Source: Candidatus Margulisiibacteriota bacterium (GTDB lineage: Bacteria; Margulisbacteria; Marinamargulisbacteria; JBFWNS01). Taken from it: a stretch of 64,000 nucleotides of DNA. Positions 48,601 through 57,521 of the stretch are shown here, in pieces. The notes below the pieces were generated by a model. That model was not told where the DNA came from, made no database searches, and saw nothing but the letters and a program-made list of their open reading frames with translations. Position 1 is the stretch's first letter, and the number at the start of each line of letters is the position of its first letter. The stretch is taken from positions 1 through 64,000 of the forward strand of contig JBFWNS010000006.1 in NCBI GenBank assembly GCA_050250935.1. The letters are read 5' to 3'. The position numbers and the translations under genes are program-made.

Positions 48601-50843
48601 ATTCCGATGCGTTTTTGAATCAAGATGAGTTCAAAGTGGGGTCTCGCTTGCTGTTTTGGGATGGGTATTTTGATACCACTCAGCAATTTCGGTATTTTCA
48701 AGAAATACAAGATCCTTTAACCACGGTGGCCACCGAAAATTTACACGATGTGGATAGCTATACCTATGCCTATGACGGCAGTGTTTCCTTTGGTCCCGAT
48801 ACCTTTAGAACCAAAATTACCAAGGGTTTGGCCCGGTCCACCAACGACTTTTTAGACCGGGTGGCGTTGTCCGACAATTATGTGGATAAAACCAGTTTGG
48901 AATCGACCATGGCGTTTCGCAATGTGTTTTTATTGGGGGATACCCGATTTTCGCCTTTATACGATCGGTCTCAGACCACCACGGTGACCCAGGTTTCCCC
49001 GACCCAAAATTTGGATGCTGTTTCGACCCGTACCACTTATGGGTTTAAGTCGCGGTTTGTGCCTCATCCCACCCTCAGTATGAGCGCCAACTATGATTTG
49101 CAAGAGATTAAAGACCAGGGGTCGGCGGTGTCTGAAAATGTAACCTATGTTCGCAATAACTATTACGATGCCGATTTTAACCCCTTCGGTTGGGTTCAAA
49201 GCCGAGCCGACTATCAACGCAGCGAGGCCGAAAGTCCCTTGGTGGGTCAAAAAGGACACATGGAAGAGCGGACCAATTTCCGCATTTCTCGGTTTTCGCC
49301 CTATGGCATGGCCACATCGGCGCTTGGGGTTTCGCAGCGAGAAGTATGGTTGTCTCCGATTCGCGAGTCGTATCTGTCTTTTGATGTCAACGACAGTAAC
49401 ACCCGCGATAACAACGATAAAAACCTGTTTAACCGCAATCACAACCGGTTGGGATTGTACCAAGTGACGCCCTGGACAGGGTTGCGATTAAGCCAGATTT
49501 TTTGGGAAAACGAAAGGTCGGGTGGGTTGACGTCTTTGGAGACAACCACCGTGTCTCGGAATGCCACCACCCGGGAATACGATCACCAGGGCGCCACTTT
49601 TTCAGTAACCCCAGAATGGTCGATTTTACAGCTGTTTACCTATCAATTTGACTATGATCAAGCCAACGATAAAAACTTGAATAACCAAGTGGCGAACTCG
49701 GGGACCTCGAACCGAACCACCGAAAATCGACCCTTTTTTAAGCGCAATCAACGACTGTCTTTTTCCCCAGGCGAGGTAAGGTTCTTGGGCATTAGTCTTG
49801 GAAAATCCTATGCTGTTTTAGAAGAAAACTGGAACAATAACACCAATTCACGTCGCTCCGAGGACTATTTGCCCGATGGCACGGTGGTGACCACCTCGGT
49901 GTTTCAAGACAATGCCTCGATTAAAACCCTTAAACTGTCTGCGGGCTGTGTTCCGTTTCAAACGATTACTTTGGATGGCACGGTAAGCAGCACCAACGAG
50001 GTGTATAACCGAAACTTGAATGCCAATGCCCAAGGGACAACTTACAAACTCTCTCGGGATTTGTTGTTAACGGGGCAATATACCCCCTGGGGATTTTTGA
50101 GTTTGAATTCCAAATATGCGTTGTCGACCCTGTCTCAATATCGATCGCCTTATATCAATACCTCTTTGGACAGTCTTTTGGCTGCTAAAGCAGCCCAGAC
50201 CGATGTGTTTTTGGACTATTTGGGGCGCTATCAAAGCCAAATCGATTGGTTGGTGACCTTGACGCCTATCTCGTTTTTTTCGGTTCGAACGGGGCTGGGA
50301 TACAAAGTCATCCAGGAATCTTATGTGGTGACGGCAAGTGCCCAGTCGGATGATGCGATTCTTCAACAAATTACAACCGTAGGGTCTGTGCTGCGGCCTA
50401 TTTTGAATATGGATATTTCCTATGATTATTCGGTTAAACAAACGCTTCGCAATGGCATCGACAACGGGCAGGGGTATAGCGGCCGAACGGTTTTGGCCTA
50501 TAAACCCATCACTTGGGCTGGAGTCGAGGTGGTGTTTAGCTATGAACGGGTGGATACCTGGGGCAAAGATTTGTCCGATTTGGATCGGGATTTAAGCATT
50601 CAAGGGACGGGTAATGATATTCGAACCACCATTTTGGAACGCAAAGACAGCGTGGAAACGGGAAGCTTAAGAATCAACATTAATATTCCCCTGAATGCCC
50701 CCTATGTTAAAAATCTGGTGATTACGGGAGAAGGGTATCTTAAGAAAATTAAAAATGAATTGGATGCGTTTAAGGGCCCAGATGAACCCAAGACCAGCTA
50801 TGAAATTTCAGGGATGTATCTGAAAGGAACCCTAAATTTTTAA
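45678..50843 (+). CDS. Very large outer-membrane beta-barrel with N-terminal SH3b-like domain and SprA-like repeated modules
   Basis: Signal peptide, SH3b-like segment (YYLIQFLDGQDGWL), Pro-rich linker, repeated EGVDYTxxYxxGxIxF-type motifs, long amphipathic strand region, C-terminal LKGTLNF beta-signal. Confidence 0.65.
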   Translation: MRWLWGILGLALILPVLVFAQAPAAEKVAYVRVNKPIAQVKQEPFSDTKTTFLVYQSGVFRVMGDVSGYYLIQFLDGQDGWLAKEDGDVYEGPSPPPPEQMGYADVFIPPPETQLSVPVELSPTPAIQLAGDDGPQPAVPTETIVQMPIPESPYLDTPNRDSFRYPFPPPNPYPDLNLAGFYEGKISGRNYEPKSVTDPRWNTIRNDPIYNKLPPDVLVGDPRIELRYRFNVDGKLDEDLAVHYDIEQEPDFPGKYDIKVKYKKTEMTFWQFDSEFKNGEFINLQRALDGFKLTSYDDNWETIVAVGRQRSEPRKYDTNGDGSNIIKLGNTSILEGSVKVFVNNGLKTEGVDYTINYYSGEITFKERKTVEDFIRVIYEFTNPIEDFLPVLSRKNFIGGQFIWRSTPKPVETKYSGKSTEELWPNPSASSNVTFKLKNSYLVLGTEMLTLNNRPLRKNKDYTLDQQAGTITLLDETLGPDDRLVMSYEYYQIEDNADDLIGSNSTGPYLLSRKNILFGTVSVVANGLAMTEGVDYTLDYAAGKLNFRFPIAYPSVITAVYKAVKSSVAIPKIKDATPFSVGVTYLNEYVRSQDQQLESAVPTETYTVSSNVFHTNSFPINPSKDVTVLVNGATANVVVSNPYTGEITIVSPVISGSAKVDVTYTYRKSLRTTAIFQVKNPRSDGLYSTQANDFFLKDTPVKYKGISYISIYRGVEIRLADGQDFISDYDPNGQQGQQLAIRFLKADPSNQSTLTDLPRAGERITIVYDYTPASSPDPGNIDQKMVGLTFGAKLTDELSVNTEVAGAQNNFERPKKSTTFTQAGTGQDSTEYILGQNNIVENSEYVYLDNRLQTKDRDYVINYLNGRLRFRNLTPGPNNTIRVDYDYFDTTAVTKAGVEKDFKFATKVGVAYKTDTLDIKTSLKNIDRDFVPLAPIQDPKGSTAFTNAVVWKLSPLETLSTDYNHFQIFRAKKDNNSDAFLNQDEFKVGSRLLFWDGYFDTTQQFRYFQEIQDPLTTVATENLHDVDSYTYAYDGSVSFGPDTFRTKITKGLARSTNDFLDRVALSDNYVDKTSLESTMAFRNVFLLGDTRFSPLYDRSQTTTVTQVSPTQNLDAVSTRTTYGFKSRFVPHPTLSMSANYDLQEIKDQGSAVSENVTYVRNNYYDADFNPFGWVQSRADYQRSEAESPLVGQKGHMEERTNFRISRFSPYGMATSALGVSQREVWLSPIRESYLSFDVNDSNTRDNNDKNLFNRNHNRLGLYQVTPWTGLRLSQIFWENERSGGLTSLETTTVSRNATTREYDHQGATFSVTPEWSILQLFTYQFDYDQANDKNLNNQVANSGTSNRTTENRPFFKRNQRLSFSPGEVRFLGISLGKSYAVLEENWNNNTNSRRSEDYLPDGTVVTTSVFQDNASIKTLKLSAGCVPFQTITLDGTVSSTNEVYNRNLNANAQGTTYKLSRDLLLTGQYTPWGFLSLNSKYALSTLSQYRSPYINTSLDSLLAAKAAQTDVFLDYLGRYQSQIDWLVTLTPISFFSVRTGLGYKVIQESYVVTASAQSDDAILQQITTVGSVLRPILNMDISYDYSVKQTLRNGIDNGQGYSGRTVLAYKPITWAGVEVVFSYERVDTWGKDLSDLDRDLSIQGTGNDIRTTILERKDSVETGSLRININIPLNAPYVKNLVITGEGYLKKIKNELDAFKGPDEPKTSYEISGMYLKGTLNF

Positions 50844-51959
50844 AAGGGCCTCAACATCGGCTTGATGGGCAAGCAAGGCATCCACCAAGTTGGGTGCGAG
50901 GATGCTGTTTCGGTTTTCATTTAGGATTTTTTGAACCCCTTTGGGGGTGAAGGCGTCTCGGTATACCCGGTTTTCCCTTAAGGCCACATAAATGTCGGCA
51001 GCGGTGACAATTTGGCTTTGAATTTCGAGTTGATCCCCGCGAAGACCAAAAGGATAGCCTGTGCCATCCACGCGTTCGTGGTGTCGGCTGCCCCAACGCT
51101 TCACCTTGGCTACCAAAGAAGAGGTTTGCAGATGGGGGGCGATGGTCTCGAAAAAATGGCAAACCAACAACGGGTGAAACCGGGTTTGGTAAAATTCGGC
51201 TTCATCCAGTTTCGAGGTTTTGTTCAGGATGGTTTTGGGGATGGCGATTTTGCCAATGTCGTGAAATTCTCCGGCCAGTTGCAAGAGGGCCTGATCTTCG
51301 GTGGAAAGCCCAAGGGTTTTTCCCAGAAACTGGGCCACTTTGCCAACACGAAGACAGTGGTCTTTGGTTTTGGGGTGATTTAACGCTAAAAATTCCAGGG
51401 CCAATAGGCAAAGGGTAGACAAGGATTCTAGGGTTAATTCTCCGGAGGGATTTTGAAGGTTGTGTTTGAAAAACTGAAAGGAATCTTTGTTGAGCAGTTC
51501 AAACCAAAAGACATCGGTTTCGATTAAGGCCAGACCTTTTTGTTTGATCACCTCGGATTTGGCGGCTTGAAAGCCCAGTTTTAAGGGGGCCATAAAGTCT
51601 TCGCGAAGCCGGTGTACCGACTTTAACGAGGTGGCTGGGGTAATCATGGCAGCCACAATTTGGCTGACCATCAGACAATCCATGGCGATTTGTTGGTTTT
51701 CTTTGGCTGGATCTGGGGTTGGGAAAAGGGATTGAAACAACAAATCCAAGCCACTTCGGTTTTTGAAGGGCAAAAATAAGGATTTTCCCACCAAAGAAAA
51801 AATCACGGCGGGGTTTAATTCGGCAGCCGTTGCGAGTTTATAGGTTAAATAGACCGAGGCTGGGTAGGCGTGGTGTTTGTGGAAAAAACGACCCAAATAC
51901 AAAAAGCCTTCCAAACAATCGACGCCATAGATCAGAGAGGGTGTTTTGTTGCTCACCAT
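50832..51959 (-). CDS. HD-GYP domain protein (putative cyclic-dinucleotide phosphodiesterase)
   Basis: HCLRV, FHDIGK, HHERVDGTGYPFGL, ADIYVALRENRVYR. Confidence 0.85.
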   Translation of the reverse strand: MVSNKTPSLIYGVDCLEGFLYLGRFFHKHHAYPASVYLTYKLATAAELNPAVIFSLVGKSLFLPFKNRSGLDLLFQSLFPTPDPAKENQQIAMDCLMVSQIVAAMITPATSLKSVHRLREDFMAPLKLGFQAAKSEVIKQKGLALIETDVFWFELLNKDSFQFFKHNLQNPSGELTLESLSTLCLLALEFLALNHPKTKDHCLRVGKVAQFLGKTLGLSTEDQALLQLAGEFHDIGKIAIPKTILNKTSKLDEAEFYQTRFHPLLVCHFFETIAPHLQTSSLVAKVKRWGSRHHERVDGTGYPFGLRGDQLEIQSQIVTAADIYVALRENRVYRDAFTPKGVQKILNENRNSILAPNLVDALLAHQADVEALLKI

Positions 51960-52017
51960 CTTATCGTATCATAGACACCAACCATTGTTTAAGAACCCAT
52001 CACAAAAGGATAGTGTC

Positions 52018-53451
52018 ATGATACGTGTTCGTTTTGCCCCTTCCCCAACTGGGAGTCTCCATGTGGGGACCCTTCGCACTGCGCTGTTTAACTGGATTTT
52101 TGCCAAGCATGTTGGGGCAGCGTCGGTATTGCGCATCGAAGACACCGATTTGGCCCGTTCGGATGTGGCCTTTGAACAAACCATTTTTGATGGGTTGTCT
52201 TGGTTGGGTTTGAACATGGATGAAGGGCCTGTGACTGGGGGAAAATTTGGACCCTATCGCCAATCGGAAAGGGCCGAGTTGTATCACCAACATGCCCACA
52301 AGTTGTTGGCTTCTGGCCATGCCTATTGGTGTTTTTGCTCGGATGCCGATTTGGATGCTGAAAGGGCCACTGCCGAAACCAACAAAGTTCCCTATGTGTA
52401 TTCCAGAAAATGTTTGGGCTTAAACGCAGCCGACATCGAAGCCAAAAAAGCGGCTGGGATTCCCCATACCCTTCGGTTTAAAGTACCCAATGGCGAGATC
52501 TCGTTTCCCGATATCATTCGCGGGGACATTACCTTCGATATGAACTTGGTTTCTGATTTTGTATTGATCAAATCCGACCAAACCCCGTCTTACAATTTTG
52601 CAGTGGTGGTAGACGACTGGACCATGGCCATTACCCACATCATTCGGGGCGAAGACCACATTTCGAATACGCCCAAGCAAATTGCTTTGTACCAGGCTTT
52701 TGGTGCGCCGGTTCCCAAATTTGCCCATTTGCCCATGATTTTGGGTCCAGACAAATCCAAATTGTCCAAGCGCCATGGGGCCACCAGCGTGACGGATTAC
52801 CGAGACATGGGCTATTTGCCCGAAGCGTTTTTTAATTATCTGGTGTTGTTGGGATGGTCGTCTGCCGATGGAAGGGAGCTTTTAAGTCGAGACGAGATTG
52901 TTCAGGCCTTTGCTTTGGAACGGATTTCCAAGTCTGGTGCCGTGTTTGATATTACCAAGTTGAAGTGGATGAATGGCCAATATGTCCGCCAATTGGATGC
53001 GCCGGCGTTGTTTGCTGCGGTGAATCCTTTTGTATCGGCCGAAAATCAAGCGGCTTTGGCCCACTATACAGCAGCTCAGCGTCAGGCCATTTTTGCTTCG
53101 GTGCAAGATAACCTCGAACTGCTTGCCGATATTAATGCCCACTTGGCGTCCTATACCCACACCTTCGACTCGTTTAAAACCGCCGTTCAAGCCCTTGCTT
53201 TTGATGAAAGCGATTCCAAGGTTCTGGCCTTGTTTGCCGAAAAAATCGCGGCGTTGCCGGTGGTGAATCATGCCGATATCGACCCCGTTTTGGCCGACAT
53301 TCTGGCCGCCACAGGGCTGGGCAAGGGCAAGGTGTTTCGTCCCATTCGCTTGGCGGTGACCGCTGAAAAATCGGGTCCTCACCTGCCGGATATCATGGCT
53401 ATTTTGGGTAAGGACGAGATTTTGAGACGGCTTGCGGTGGTGTTGGGCTAG
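52018..53451 (+). CDS. gltX: Glutamate--tRNA ligase
   Basis: RVRFAPSPTGSLHVG, LRIEDTD, RGEDH, KLSKRHGA; ATG at 52018. Confidence 0.97.
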   Translation: MIRVRFAPSPTGSLHVGTLRTALFNWIFAKHVGAASVLRIEDTDLARSDVAFEQTIFDGLSWLGLNMDEGPVTGGKFGPYRQSERAELYHQHAHKLLASGHAYWCFCSDADLDAERATAETNKVPYVYSRKCLGLNAADIEAKKAAGIPHTLRFKVPNGEISFPDIIRGDITFDMNLVSDFVLIKSDQTPSYNFAVVVDDWTMAITHIIRGEDHISNTPKQIALYQAFGAPVPKFAHLPMILGPDKSKLSKRHGATSVTDYRDMGYLPEAFFNYLVLLGWSSADGRELLSRDEIVQAFALERISKSGAVFDITKLKWMNGQYVRQLDAPALFAAVNPFVSAENQAALAHYTAAQRQAIFASVQDNLELLADINAHLASYTHTFDSFKTAVQALAFDESDSKVLALFAEKIAALPVVNHADIDPVLADILAATGLGKGKVFRPIRLAVTAEKSGPHLPDIMAILGKDEILRRLAVVLG

Positions 53452-54098
53452 TCCCGGGGTTGATGATATAAATCCATCAAATATTTGGGAAGGCAGGGAA
53501 AGTCTTTGGGTAAAACTGCTGCTGCGCCGGCTGCTCGTGCTTCCTCTTGTAGCTGGGTGTTTTGGTCATCTGTGGTGCAAATGACAATCAATCCTTTCAT
53601 CTTGGCTTGAAAGTCGCTTCTTTGTCGAAGTTGATTCAGAAGCTGGCAGCCGGTTAGCCCCGGCATTTCTTGGTCCAGAACTAGAAAATGAATGGTGCTC
53701 CAATCAATCGATGTATCTTCTAGTAGTTTTTGGGGCTCTAAAAACATGGTGATATTGGATTGTAAAAATTGGTTTTTGGTTAACATTGTTTTACAGATCA
53801 CATGGTTGGGGCGAGTATCATCCACAAAAACGACCTTTGCTTCGCTGGCCCGAAGGGGTTTGGGCCCTAAGTTAAGTTGAGTGGCTTGAACCCCAAGGTC
53901 TTTGTGTAGGATTGCTGGGGAGATAAAGACCGATCCTGCTGCGGATGCCGGGGCAGTATGGGCTGCGGTTACGGCCGAGCTGATGGTGGCGGCGGCTTTT
54001 AAATCAAGGGGGGTTGAGAGGTGTTTGTGTAGCAAGGGAGTATCCTTTATTGAGGGGGTTGATACTCCTTTATCGCAATAAAATGTAAAAAATTGCAT
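53448..54098 (-). CDS. Receiver-domain protein with low-complexity N-terminus
   Basis: VVFVDD, LVLDQEMPGLTG, ICTT, AGAAAVLPK. Confidence 0.7.
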   Translation of the reverse strand: MQFFTFYCDKGVSTPSIKDTPLLHKHLSTPLDLKAAATISSAVTAAHTAPASAAGSVFISPAILHKDLGVQATQLNLGPKPLRASEAKVVFVDDTRPNHVICKTMLTKNQFLQSNITMFLEPQKLLEDTSIDWSTIHFLVLDQEMPGLTGCQLLNQLRQRSDFQAKMKGLIVICTTDDQNTQLQEEARAAGAAAVLPKDFPCLPKYLMDLYHQPRD

Positions 54099-54360
54099 GA
54101 AATAAAATATTTTTTAAGGCGTACGAGTTAATGGGGCTTTGTCCCTTTGGCCAGGTTTGTTTTTTTGTACAGGATCCTTTAGGCCCCTGCGGGGAGGAAA
54201 GACAAACTTTCTTTGGCTTTCCGATACAAAAACGCTTGTCGTTTTTGTTTATTTATAATGCCCCTGCGGGCGAGGAGGTTGAATTTACTTCAACCTCCGA
54301 CCCACAAAACCTGTGGTTTTGTGATTACAAACACAAAAACGCTTGTCGTTTTCTTTATAA

Positions 54361-54648
54361 TGGCGGGAGCGAAGGGACTCGATCTTTACTTCGTAAAGCT
54401 CGAAGACAATCCTATTTTTAAACCGTTCGCTGACGCTCACTGGTTCGAGGTAGATTTTAATCACAAATGCATAGCATTTGTGTGTCGCAAATCCAAAGCG
54501 AGTTTGTCTTTGCTCGCCCTACGGGGTTTGAAATGGAATCGTCTAAGACAAAGTGGCGGGAGCGAAGGGACTCGAGCTTTACTTCGCAAAGCTCGAAAAG
54601 AATCCTATTTTTAAACCGTTCGCTGATGCTCACTGGTTCGAGTCCCTT
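54361..54648. repeat. Two ~89-bp repeats each carrying the 22-nt 3' end of tRNA-Asp
   Basis: tggcgggagcgaagggactcga at 54361 and 54554 (tRNA copy at 54677), each followed by near-identical ctttacttcg.aaagctcgaa...aatcctatttttaaaccgttcgctga.gctcactggttcgag. Confidence 0.9.
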
Positions 54649-54676
54649 TTTTGGGGACCTTGGGTATTTCTCTTAA

Positions 54677-54753
54677 TGGCGGGAGCGAAGGGACTCGAAC
54701 CCTCGACCTCCTGCGTGACAGGCAGGCGTTCTAACCAGCTGAACTACGCCCCC
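54677..54753 (-). tRNA. tRNA-Asp(GTC)
   Basis: Reverse complement GGGGGCGTAGTTCAGCTGGTTAGAACGCCTGCCTGTCACGCAGGAGGTCGAGGGTTCGAGTCCCTTCGCTCCCGCCA; anticodon GTC, encoded CCA. Confidence 0.97.
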
Positions 54754-54817
54754 GCGTGGCGGAAATGACAGGGCGCCTAGTATACAGGGCAGTCTTGGTT
54801 TTGTACAATGGCTCAAT

Positions 54818-56428
54818 ATGAAATCTTTTGTCTTGTTTTGTTTGTTGGTAATGGGGTTGTCCACGGGGATTTGTGGGCAAAGCTTGTACCGTAACGAGGC
54901 GCATCAGTTTCAGTTGGGGGTTCCGGTGCGGTGGGTGATGGATTCTCAAACCCCGAACCGGGTTTCCTGGAAATCCGAGGCGGTGTCGGCTTCGATTTCT
55001 ATCAGTGTTTGGACCCTCAGTGGTGCTGTGGCTGCACCCGACTGGCAGTACCGGGTGGCTTCCGAAAAATTCGATGGCTGGGCCAGCTTGCTTCAACGCA
55101 GTGCCACCGACTACGAAATTAGCAGGGCTCAAGTGGACAGCGCAGCTGTTGGTGTCTATAGCACCCAAGAATTGGACGAACAGCAAAATATCAGCGAAGT
55201 GATTGTTGGCGAATACTATTTTATCAAGCAAAACAAGGGCTACATTGTTTCGATACGCGCCCCAAGAACCGTTTGGCCAGACATTGAACAAAGTGTAAAA
55301 ACCATGATGGATTCTTTTTGGGTGGGCTCAGGCCAACGTCAACTGGTGGCCAAGCCAGCGCTTAAAAGTTTGCCGTGGTTGATGGCCGGTGGTAACAAAG
55401 AAAATCAACGCGTGATCGCCGATATCCCCACCCGTTCCCTAAGTTTGGCTTGGGAGGCTGAATGGCCGTCGGGTTCTGTCGAACTCTACATGACGACTGA
55501 TCGCCTGTTTGTTCTTCAAAATGGCCTTTTACAGGCCTTGGATGCCAATTCTGGCGGTACCCTTTGGCAGCGAGAAGGGGTCTTGTCTGTGGCCTTGTCC
55601 AACACGGCTGCTTTTGTTGTGGCTCAGCAACTCCCCAATCAAAAAAACCTGGAATCTTTACAACTCGATACAGGCAAACGCCAGTGGCAAGCCGCTTTGG
55701 CGGGCACAAAACCGTGTTCCCCAGTGATCGTGGTTGGGCAGCGGGTTTATGTCGTGGATGGGGACGCGTTGGAGGTGTTTCAAGCCGATACTGGGCGTAA
55801 GGCTTGGTCCAAATCTGCGGGATTGAATCCTGTAATTTATCCGGTTGTTGTGGATCGGGCTGTTCTGGTTGCCCCTAAAAAAGGTGGTTTTTTGGCCTTT
55901 CAAACCGAGACGGGTAAGTCTGCATTTAGCCTGGAAGGCGGGAGCCCCATTTGGGCGCCGGTGGTGTATCGGCATGTCATTTTAACGGCTTACAAGGCCA
56001 AAGATGGTCTTACAGTTCTTCAAGGAATAGATGATCGGGCAGGGGCCTTGTTGTGGGAAGTCAGTGGCAATATGGCGTTGGCTGGCCCCCCTTCCTTGGC
56101 CAATGATGGGTTTGTATTGCCCGTGAATGCTTGGAAAGAACGGGAAGTGGACATGGGACAGGGCTTGGTTTCGATTGATTTGTATTCTGGTTTTGTCCAA
56201 TGGACAACGCCCGTGGCACTGGGCCCGTCTGGCCGAATTTGGGGAGGACGCCATCGGGTGTTGTCTCAAAGCCAATCGGGTATGGTGTTGTTGGATGCCG
56301 ATACTGGCGAATCGTTTGTATTGCCCAAGGTTTTGGCAGAAGCTTCTCAGGTTCGTTTCTTTAAAGACCTGGTTTTGGTTATCTCGTCGAATGGCCCACA
56401 ACAGCGGGTTTCTGCCTATCGCTTTTAA
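54818..56428 (+). CDS. Exported protein with PsbP-like N-terminal domain and PQQ-like beta-propeller repeats
   Basis: Signal peptide; repeats ALDANSGGTLWQ, LDTGKRQWQ, ADTGRKAWS, DDRAGALLWE, IDLYSGFVQW. Confidence 0.7.
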   Translation: MKSFVLFCLLVMGLSTGICGQSLYRNEAHQFQLGVPVRWVMDSQTPNRVSWKSEAVSASISISVWTLSGAVAAPDWQYRVASEKFDGWASLLQRSATDYEISRAQVDSAAVGVYSTQELDEQQNISEVIVGEYYFIKQNKGYIVSIRAPRTVWPDIEQSVKTMMDSFWVGSGQRQLVAKPALKSLPWLMAGGNKENQRVIADIPTRSLSLAWEAEWPSGSVELYMTTDRLFVLQNGLLQALDANSGGTLWQREGVLSVALSNTAAFVVAQQLPNQKNLESLQLDTGKRQWQAALAGTKPCSPVIVVGQRVYVVDGDALEVFQADTGRKAWSKSAGLNPVIYPVVVDRAVLVAPKKGGFLAFQTETGKSAFSLEGGSPIWAPVVYRHVILTAYKAKDGLTVLQGIDDRAGALLWEVSGNMALAGPPSLANDGFVLPVNAWKEREVDMGQGLVSIDLYSGFVQWTTPVALGPSGRIWGGRHRVLSQSQSGMVLLDADTGESFVLPKVLAEASQVRFFKDLVLVISSNGPQQRVSAYRF

Positions 56429-57518
56429 GGTCGATAAACAACAAGGCGTAGGCGGTATAAATGATCACGGCCAAGATCCAACGAAACGCTTCGTAGTGGC
56501 CTAGGCTGATCACGGCCCTTTCTGCCCAGAAAAACCCTAAAAGGGTTGCCCATAACGCCTGCTGAGTTCGGGTTGATATGTCCTTTCCAGCCGAACTTAC
56601 GAGGGCGATTAAAATGAATAATAACCCCACAAAATCATAGATGCGGTGGTAGACCATCAGCAAACTGGCCAGACTGATGACCATAAATTGATGGGGTTGG
56701 CTGTTGGATTTCCACACATACACGAGGGTGCTGGTCACCAATGTTGCCGAAACCATCAAGGCCAGGGTGGGGCTAAAAAGCGAGGCTGCGTCCACCAACC
56801 CTGCTTGGGTTAGGGTTTTGGACACAGCAATCGATTGTAGGATTAACGTTAAGGGGGAGGTGTGGGTTAGGCCTGAGGCAAGGCCAGTTAAGAGCAAATG
56901 AAACCCTGTTGCGACGGCGATGGGGGCGAACTGTTTTTTCTTGATAAAAAGCAACACGAAGGGCCCGGTTAGGGTGTATTTGAGCCAACTGAGACCCAGG
57001 CAGAGGCCCGAAAGCCAAGGTTTTTTTTGATCGCCAAGTGCGAGAGCGGATACCAAAAAGAACAAGGCCCACAGTCCGTGTTGTCCGTTGCCTAGGGTTA
57101 CCCGAAACGGGGTTCCGATCAAAAATAAAGCCGCTATAAGCCCTTTTTGATGGTTTGAAACCGATACCCCCATTGCCTTAGATCCCAACTGGAGCAAACC
57201 AATTGTGGCTGCCAAATTGGTTACTAACCAGACGCCTTTGGCCAGGGGCCAAGGCAGCCAGGTATAGGGCCACAACAACAGCAGGCAAGAGGGTATCTGG
57301 TTGGCCTGTAAAGGGTCCGGCATGAAGGTGTCGGTAAAGGCTGCGAGATGGTTTAAGGTGTACAAATATGGGTTGAACCCTTTGGCCAAAACCAAGGCTG
57401 CATCCCATTGAAAATCAAAACTGGCGTTTGCAGGAACGAGCGCATTGTAGCAACCCGCCAAAACGGAGAGGGTTGCTACAACTCCCAACAGCCATAGCCC
57501 CCACTTGCGATTCACCAT
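56379..57518 (-). CDS. GT87-like (GT-C fold) membrane glycosyltransferase
   Basis: DF...GFNPY, LLLWPYTWLP, GNGQ, GLCLGLSWLK, HRIYD; many TM helices. Confidence 0.7.
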   Translation of the reverse strand: MVNRKWGLWLLGVVATLSVLAGCYNALVPANASFDFQWDAALVLAKGFNPYLYTLNHLAAFTDTFMPDPLQANQIPSCLLLLWPYTWLPWPLAKGVWLVTNLAATIGLLQLGSKAMGVSVSNHQKGLIAALFLIGTPFRVTLGNGQHGLWALFFLVSALALGDQKKPWLSGLCLGLSWLKYTLTGPFVLLFIKKKQFAPIAVATGFHLLLTGLASGLTHTSPLTLILQSIAVSKTLTQAGLVDAASLFSPTLALMVSATLVTSTLVYVWKSNSQPHQFMVISLASLLMVYHRIYDFVGLLFILIALVSSAGKDISTRTQQALWATLLGFFWAERAVISLGHYEAFRWILAVIIYTAYALLFIDLKSDRQKPAVVGHSTR

Positions 57519-57521
57519 CCG

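Noticed and set aside
54361..54700. Possible CRISPR array
   Set aside because: The repeat is the tRNA 3' end, spacing is irregular (193 and 123 bp), the intervening sequences resemble each other, and no cas genes are present.
54131..54864. Short ORFs with repeated peptides (MAGAKGL...) across the tRNA-Asp region
   Set aside because: They are translations of the tRNA and its DNA repeats, with no independent coding evidence.
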